DNA from: a virus
Lineage: Duplodnaviria > Heunggongvirae > Uroviricota > Caudoviricetes
Direction: 5' to 3' (one strand)
DNA length: 43,385 bases
Virus record (IMG/VR): IMGVR_UViG_2778261121_000005
Location: 1 to 43,385 of that record
Part shown: positions 38,647 to 43,385 of the stretch, piece after piece
Layout: the number at the start of each line of letters is the position of its first letter
Position numbering within the stretch: position 1 is the first letter of the stretch
The notes under the pieces: generated by a model
Seen by the model: the letters and a program-made list of their open reading frames with translations, nothing else
Databases searched by the model: none
Told to the model about the DNA's origin: nothing
Program-made: the position numbers and the translations under genes

Positions 38647-39162
38647 ATGGCGTTAACACACCGCGAACTCTGTCAGATTGCGTATAAGTTCCTTAAGCGT
38701 AACGGGTTCAAGGTTTGTTTTCATGACCGCTTTATAGCTGTAACCAGTACCGGAGAACAGCCAGATGCTATGGGATTCAGAAATTCAGCATCATGCCTGA
38801 TAGAGGCGAAGTGTTCTCGTGCTGACTTGTTGGCAGATAGAAAAAAGCGTTTTCGTAAAAATCCATCTCTTGGAATGGGCGACTGGCGATTCTTTATTAG
38901 TGAGCCGGGAATTATTTCAGTTGAGGATTTACCACCTGGCTGGGGATTACTTCACGTTGTTAACGGAAGAGTACGGAAAGTACATGGGTGGCCCAAGGGT
39001 AATTGCTGTTGGGGTAATCCTGACGATAAGCCATTTACTGGAAATAAGCAGGTTGAATGCGATTACATGTTATCTGCATTAAGGCGCATGGAGTTGAGAG
39101 GGCACCTTAATGAAATATATGACGGTGTAATTGTTAATAAGAAAGAAGGAAACGCGGCATGA
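38647..39162 (+). CDS. hypothetical protein with PD-(D/E)xK nuclease-like motif
   Basis: 171 aa from ATG after SD AAAGGAGAGTGAT; ...GEQPDAMGF...CLIEAKCSR fits a PD...(D/E)xK core. Confidence 0.5.
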   Translation: MALTHRELCQIAYKFLKRNGFKVCFHDRFIAVTSTGEQPDAMGFRNSASCLIEAKCSRADLLADRKKRFRKNPSLGMGDWRFFISEPGIISVEDLPPGWGLLHVVNGRVRKVHGWPKGNCCWGNPDDKPFTGNKQVECDYMLSALRRMELRGHLNEIYDGVIVNKKEGNAA

Positions 39163-39698
39163 TCACTATTACCAAAGAGCGACTGCTGACAATCAAGCAG
39201 TGGCGCGAAACATACGGACCGGGTAGCAACGTTGTACTGCCAGCAGAAGAAGCGGAAGAACTGGCACGAATTGCTCTGGCATCGCTGGAAGCAGAGCCTG
39301 TAAACCAAACTTACAACTTACCAGAATTAATCGAAGGCATGGAAGTTTCCATTGATGTAAGCACTTGTGATGCTGATTTAGGTAATCGCTATTTCGGCAC
39401 CGTCACCGAGGCGTTAGAACTTGATACAGCCAAGAATGGTTACATCCTCCTGGTTCAGGACGCAGAGCCAAACTTCGATGTAAATGGCAACTCTCCGGTA
39501 ACTCCGGATGGCTGGATAAGCTGTAGTGAGCGAATGCCCCCTCAAGATGATTGGATTTTAATTTATTCAAAGCACGGCGAGTATATGGCAGGACAGGTAC
39601 AAGGGGAATACGTGGAGTTGAGCGACGGCACTTTATCGTGGTTAGGGAACGCCTTGTTCTGGATGCCGCTACCAGAACCGCCGCAGGAGGCGAAATGA
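39159..39698 (+). CDS. hypothetical protein, possibly DUF551-type C-terminus
   Basis: 179 aa; N-terminal module paralogous to 37922..38284; C-terminus (GWISCSERMPPQDDWILIYSKHGEYMAGQ...WMPLPEPP) recalled as DUF551-like. Confidence 0.5.
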   Translation: MITITKERLLTIKQWRETYGPGSNVVLPAEEAEELARIALASLEAEPVNQTYNLPELIEGMEVSIDVSTCDADLGNRYFGTVTEALELDTAKNGYILLVQDAEPNFDVNGNSPVTPDGWISCSERMPPQDDWILIYSKHGEYMAGQVQGEYVELSDGTLSWLGNALFWMPLPEPPQEAK

Positions 39699-39955
39699 TG
39701 GATGTAAAAGAGAAGGTTTTGCAGGTGATGCGTTCCCGGGCTGCCCTGCAAGATAAAGCTCTCGGCGGGGAATATCCATTCAGGATGGCAACCTGGAATC
39801 TGCGGTTGGCAATGGAGAAGGAATTTCCTGATGAAGAATGGCGTTCGGCAGATTTGCGCAAAATTCTTATGGAGCTGGCTAAAGACGGAACAGTATCCAA
39901 AGATACCCATGCCAGCCGGATTGGTCAGGCGGTATGGAGACTGGAGGTGAGGTAA
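39695..39955 (+). CDS. hypothetical protein (86 aa)
   Basis: ATGATG start overlapping the upstream stop; continues the coupled gene chain. Confidence 0.45.
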   Translation: MMDVKEKVLQVMRSRAALQDKALGGEYPFRMATWNLRLAMEKEFPDEEWRSADLRKILMELAKDGTVSKDTHASRIGQAVWRLEVR

Positions 39956-40239
39956 TGGCTAACCTGCAACTTGCCGTTAAAGGTGAATACTTCGATGCCA
40001 TGATTCGCGGAGAGAAAACGGAAGAGTATCGCTTGTGTAATGACTACTGGAATAAGCGAATTATGTTCCGTGAGTATGACCTCCTGATTATCACAAAGGG
40101 ATATCCGAAGCGCGACGATTCCAGCCGTAGAATTGATGTTCCGTATGATGGATATGAAATCAAGACAATCACACATCCCCACTTCGGCGATAAACCGGTA
40201 AAGGTATTCGCGATAAAGGTAAATATCGGCAATAAATAA
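39955..40239 (+). CDS. hypothetical protein, possibly ASCH-domain (PUA-like)
   Basis: 94 aa from ATG after SD GGAGGTGAGG; MIRGEKTEEYR fits the GxKxxExR signature of ASCH domains. Confidence 0.5.
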   Translation: MANLQLAVKGEYFDAMIRGEKTEEYRLCNDYWNKRIMFREYDLLIITKGYPKRDDSSRRIDVPYDGYEIKTITHPHFGDKPVKVFAIKVNIGNK

Positions 40240-40310
40240 CAATCCTCGCACTCGCGGGGATTTCTTTTATCTGAACTCGCTACGGCGAGTTTTGTTTTAT
40301 GGAGATGATT

Positions 40311-40610
40311 ATGGCCTGTTCAACATTCAACCCTCTAACGTTACAGAAATACCAGCCAGACCCTGAAGATTTATGCTCACTGTGTGGCGGAAATCATGGC
40401 AAAGCCGCCATGATCGAATGTAAGGACAAAATCCACATTTGCCTTAATTGCGTTGATGTCCTCGTTGATATCAAAAATGAGAGAGAAGATAAAAAGCGTA
40501 GCGAGGCTGTTCGCGCCTTAGATTCATGGATGCGAGATGGGTATAGTGCTGCGCAAATTTATGACTTAGCAATATCAAAAGGCGAAATACCAGGAGTGCG
40601 CATCGAATAA
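40311..40610 (+). CDS. hypothetical Cys-rich protein (zinc-ribbon-like)
   Basis: 99 aa from ATG with SD GGAG (alternative ATG at 40299); CSLCGG...HICLNC cysteine pairs. Confidence 0.5.
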   Translation: MACSTFNPLTLQKYQPDPEDLCSLCGGNHGKAAMIECKDKIHICLNCVDVLVDIKNEREDKKRSEAVRALDSWMRDGYSAAQIYDLAISKGEIPGVRIE

Positions 40611-40649
40611 GACGTAACCAATATTCGAATTGAAGAACTGAAAGAACAC

Positions 40650-40676
40650 CAAGCCGCCTGATGGCGGTTTTTTCTT
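40650..40676 (+). terminator. rho-independent terminator upstream of xis
   Basis: CCGCC-tgat-GGCGG followed by TTTTTTCTT. Confidence 0.7.
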
Positions 40677-40700
40677 GCGTGTAATTGCGGAGACTTTGCG

Positions 40701-40919
40701 ATGTACTTGACACTTCAGGAGTGGAACGCACGCCAGCGACGCCCAAGAAGCCTTGAAACAGTTCGTCGATGGGTACGCGAGTGCAGGATATTCCCACCAC
40801 CGGTTAAGGATGGAAGAGAGTATCTGTTCCACGAATCAGCAGTAAAGGTTGACTTAAATCGACCAGTAACAGGTAGCCTTTTGAAGAGGATCAGAAATGG
40901 GAAGAAGGCGAAGTCATGA
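40701..40919 (+). CDS. xis: excisionase (lambda Xis)
   Basis: 72 aa MYLTLQEWNARQRRPRSLETVRRWVRECRIFPPPVKDGREYLFHESAVKVDLNRP..., near-identical to lambda Xis as recalled. Confidence 0.95.
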   Translation: MYLTLQEWNARQRRPRSLETVRRWVRECRIFPPPVKDGREYLFHESAVKVDLNRPVTGSLLKRIRNGKKAKS

Positions 40920-41967
40920 GCGCCGGGATTTACCCCCTAACCTTTATATAAGAAACAATGGATATTACTGCTACAGGGACCCAAGGACGGGTAAAGAGTT
41001 TGGATTAGGCCGAGACAGGAGGATAGCAATCACTGAAGCTATACAGGCCAACATTGAGTTATTTTCAGGACACAAGCACAAGCCTCTGACAGCGAGAATC
41101 AACAGTGATAATTCTGTTACGTTACATTCATGGCTTGATCGCTACGAAAAAATCCTCGCCAGCAGAGGAATCAAGCAGAAGACACTCATAAATTACATGA
41201 GCAAAATTAAAGCAATAAGGAGGGGTCTGCCTGATGCTCCACTTGAAAACATCACCACAAAAGAAATTGCGGCAATGCTCAATGGATACATAGACGAGGG
41301 CAAGGCGGCGTCAGCCAAGTTAATCAGATCAACACTGAGCGATGCATTCCGAGAGGCAATAGCTGAAGGCCATATAACAACAAACCCTGTCGCTGCCACT
41401 CGCGCAGCAAAATCAGAGGTAAGGAGATCAAGACTTACGGCTGACGAATACCTGAAAATTTATCAAGCAGCAGAATCATCACCATGTTGGCTCAGACTTG
41501 CAATGGAACTGGCTGTTGTTACCGGGCAGCGAGTTGGTGATTTATGCGAAATGAAGTGGTCTGATATCGTAGATGGATATCTTTATGTCGAGCAAAGCAA
41601 AACAGGCGTAAAAATTGCCATCCCAACAGCATTGCATGTTGATGCTCTCGGGATATCAATGAAGGAAACACTTGATAAATGCAAAGAGATTCTTGGCGGA
41701 GAAACCATAATTGCATCTACTCGTCGTGAACCGCTTTCATCCGGCACAGTATCAAGGTATTTTATGCGCGCACGAAAAGCATCAGGTCTTTCCTTCGAAG
41801 GGGATCCGCCAACCTTTCACGAGTTGCGCAGTTTGTCTGCAAGACTCTATGAGAAGCAGATAAGCGATAAATTTGCTCAACATCTTCTCGGGCATAAGTC
41901 GGACACCATGGCATCACAGTATCGTGATGACAGAGGCAGGGAGTGGGACAAAATTGAAATCAAATAA
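40897..41967 (+). CDS. int: tyrosine integrase (lambda Int)
   Basis: 356 aa, near-identical to lambda Int as recalled (MGRRRSHERRDLPPNLYIRNNGYYCYRDPRTGKEFGLGRDRRIAITEAIQAN...); overlaps xis. Confidence 0.95.
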   Translation: MGRRRSHERRDLPPNLYIRNNGYYCYRDPRTGKEFGLGRDRRIAITEAIQANIELFSGHKHKPLTARINSDNSVTLHSWLDRYEKILASRGIKQKTLINYMSKIKAIRRGLPDAPLENITTKEIAAMLNGYIDEGKAASAKLIRSTLSDAFREAIAEGHITTNPVAATRAAKSEVRRSRLTADEYLKIYQAAESSPCWLRLAMELAVVTGQRVGDLCEMKWSDIVDGYLYVEQSKTGVKIAIPTALHVDALGISMKETLDKCKEILGGETIIASTRREPLSSGTVSRYFMRARKASGLSFEGDPPTFHELRSLSARLYEKQISDKFAQHLLGHKSDTMASQYRDDRGREWDKIEIK

Positions 41968-42040
41968 TGATTTTATTTTGACTGATAGTGACCTGTTCGT
42001 TGCAACAAATTGATAAGCAATGCTTTTTTATAAGGCCAAC

Positions 42041-42055
42041 TTAGTATAAAAAAGC
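42041..42055. repeat. att core (O) copy at the int-side junction, flanked by phage P' arm and bacterial B arm
   Basis: TTAGTATAAAAAAGC, identical to the copy at 1807..1821; preceded by lambda-like P' arm, followed by AGGCTTCA (reverse complement of bacterial TGAAGCCT). Confidence 0.9.
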
Positions 42056-42101
42056 AGGCTTCAACGGATTCATTTTTCTATTTCATAGCCCGGAGCAACC
42101 T

Positions 42102-43385
42102 GTGAACACATTTTCAGTTTCCCGTCTGGCGCTGGCATTGGCTTTTGGCGTGACGCTGACCGCCTGTAGCTCAACACCGCCCGATCAACGTCCTTCTGAT
42201 CAAACCGCGCCTGGTACCTCTTCGCGCCCGATTCTGTCGGCAAAAGAAGCGCAGAATTTCGATGCTCAACACTATTTTGCATCCCTGACACCAGGTGCGG
42301 CAGCGTGGAATCCTTCCCCGATTACCCTGCCTGCGCAACCTGACTTTGTTGTCGGCCCGGCGGGTACTCAAGGTGTAACGCATACCACGATTCAGGCGGC
42401 GGTAGATGCGGCAATTATCAAGCGTACCAACAAGCGCCAGTATATTGCCGTGATGCCTGGTGAGTATCAGGGAACGGTGTATATCCCTGCCGCTCCGGGT
42501 GGAATTACTCTATACGGTACAGGTGAAAAACCGATTGATGTGAAGATTGGGCTTTCCCTTGATGGTGGCATGAGCCCTGCCGACTGGCGTCACGACGTCA
42601 ACCCGCGCGGCAAATATATGCCAGGTAAACCGGCGTGGTATATGTACGATAGCTGCCAGAGTAAACGCAGCGACAGTATCGGTGTTCTCTGCTCTGCGGT
42701 CTTCTGGTCACAAAACAATGGCCTGCAACTGCAAAACCTGACCATCGAAAACACGCTGGGCGATAGCGTAGATGCGGGTAACCATCCGGCGGTGGCACTG
42801 CGTACTGATGGCGACAAAGTGCAGATCAATAACGTCAACATTCTCGGTCGTCAGAACACCTTCTTTGTCACCAACAGCGGTGTGCAGAACCGTCTGGAAA
42901 CGAATCGTCAGCCGCGTACGCTGGTGACCAACAGCTATATTGAAGGGGATGTGGATATCGTTTCTGGTCGCGGCGCAGTGGTGTTCGATAACACCGAATT
43001 CCGCGTGGTGAACTCCCGTACCCAGCAAGAAGCGTATGTGTTTGCACCGGCTACGCTGTCCAACATTTACTACGGTTTCCTCGCCGTAAACAGCCGTTTC
43101 AATGCTTCCGGTGATGGCGTGGCGCAACTGGGCCGCTCGCTGGATGTTGATGCCAATACCAACGGTCAGGTAGTGATCCGTGATAGCGCCATCAACGAAG
43201 GTTTTAACACAGCCAAACCGTGGGCTGATGCGGTGATCTCTAATCGTCCATTTGCGGGTAACACCGGCAGCGTTGATGATAACGACGAAGTACAGCGCAA
43301 TCTGAATGACACTAACTACAACCGCATGTGGGAATACAATAACCGCGGCGTGGGTAGCAAAGTGGTTGCAGAGGCGAAGAAGTAG
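42102..43385 (+). CDS. ybhC: pectinesterase-fold outer-membrane lipoprotein, host gene flanking att-lambda
   Basis: 427 aa, complete; lipoprotein signal with lipobox LTAC; on the host side of the att junction. Confidence 0.8.
   Translation: MNTFSVSRLALALAFGVTLTACSSTPPDQRPSDQTAPGTSSRPILSAKEAQNFDAQHYFASLTPGAAAWNPSPITLPAQPDFVVGPAGTQGVTHTTIQAAVDAAIIKRTNKRQYIAVMPGEYQGTVYIPAAPGGITLYGTGEKPIDVKIGLSLDGGMSPADWRHDVNPRGKYMPGKPAWYMYDSCQSKRSDSIGVLCSAVFWSQNNGLQLQNLTIENTLGDSVDAGNHPAVALRTDGDKVQINNVNILGRQNTFFVTNSGVQNRLETNRQPRTLVTNSYIEGDVDIVSGRGAVVFDNTEFRVVNSRTQQEAYVFAPATLSNIYYGFLAVNSRFNASGDGVAQLGRSLDVDANTNGQVVIRDSAINEGFNTAKPWADAVISNRPFAGNTGSVDDNDEVQRNLNDTNYNRMWEYNNRGVGSKVVAEAKK

Larger units (their letters stand above)
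1807..42055. mobile_element. Lambdoid prophage (lambda-type integration module, P22/Sf6-like virion module) integrated at att-lambda
   Basis: Bounded by identical 15-bp cores; int/xis at one end and tailspike at the other; complete immunity, replication, nin, lysis and morphogenesis modules in between. Confidence 0.9.

Noticed and set aside
40245-40275. Possible terminator after the ASCH-like gene (CTCGCACTCGCGGGGATTTCTTTT)
   Set aside because: The stem is imperfect and short; not convincing compared with the clear terminator at 40650..40676.
1-43385. CRISPR arrays, tRNA/tmRNA genes and rRNA
   Set aside because: No regularly spaced direct repeats with unique spacers and no rRNA-like sequence were seen; integration is at att-lambda, not in a tRNA gene. 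I cannot exclude a small structured RNA by eye.

Overview
This window is almost entirely one intact-looking ~40.2 kb lambdoid prophage (about 1807..42055) integrated at the E. coli lambda attachment site, flanked by ybhB-like (1240..1716) and ybhC-like (42102..43385) host genes and by 15-bp core direct repeats TTAGTATAAAAAAGC at both ends. It is a mosaic: lambda-type int/xis, cIII/kil/ral, nin genes and S/R/Rz/Rz1 lysis cassette, combined with P22/Sf6-like immunity and nut sites, replication genes and podovirus virion module (terminase, portal, scaffold, coat, gp4/10/26, ejection proteins, tailspike) plus an immI-like arc/ant/mnt region. Outside the prophage, a complete IS200/IS605-type tnpB (1..1131, minus strand) sits directly upstream of ybhB. 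The best candidates for undescribed biology are uncharacterised accessory loci inside the prophage: a self-contained island at the sieA position between the ejection-protein gene and the immI region (7250..8126), a rearranged immI region with three ribbon-helix-helix repressors and two antirepressor-like genes, and a chain of overlapping small genes near int (37716..40610) including a PD-(D/E)xK-like and an ASCH-like protein. I cannot single out one of these as a defined new system from sequence alone. All protein identifications rest on reading the supplied translations against remembered family sequences and motifs; no database search was run.
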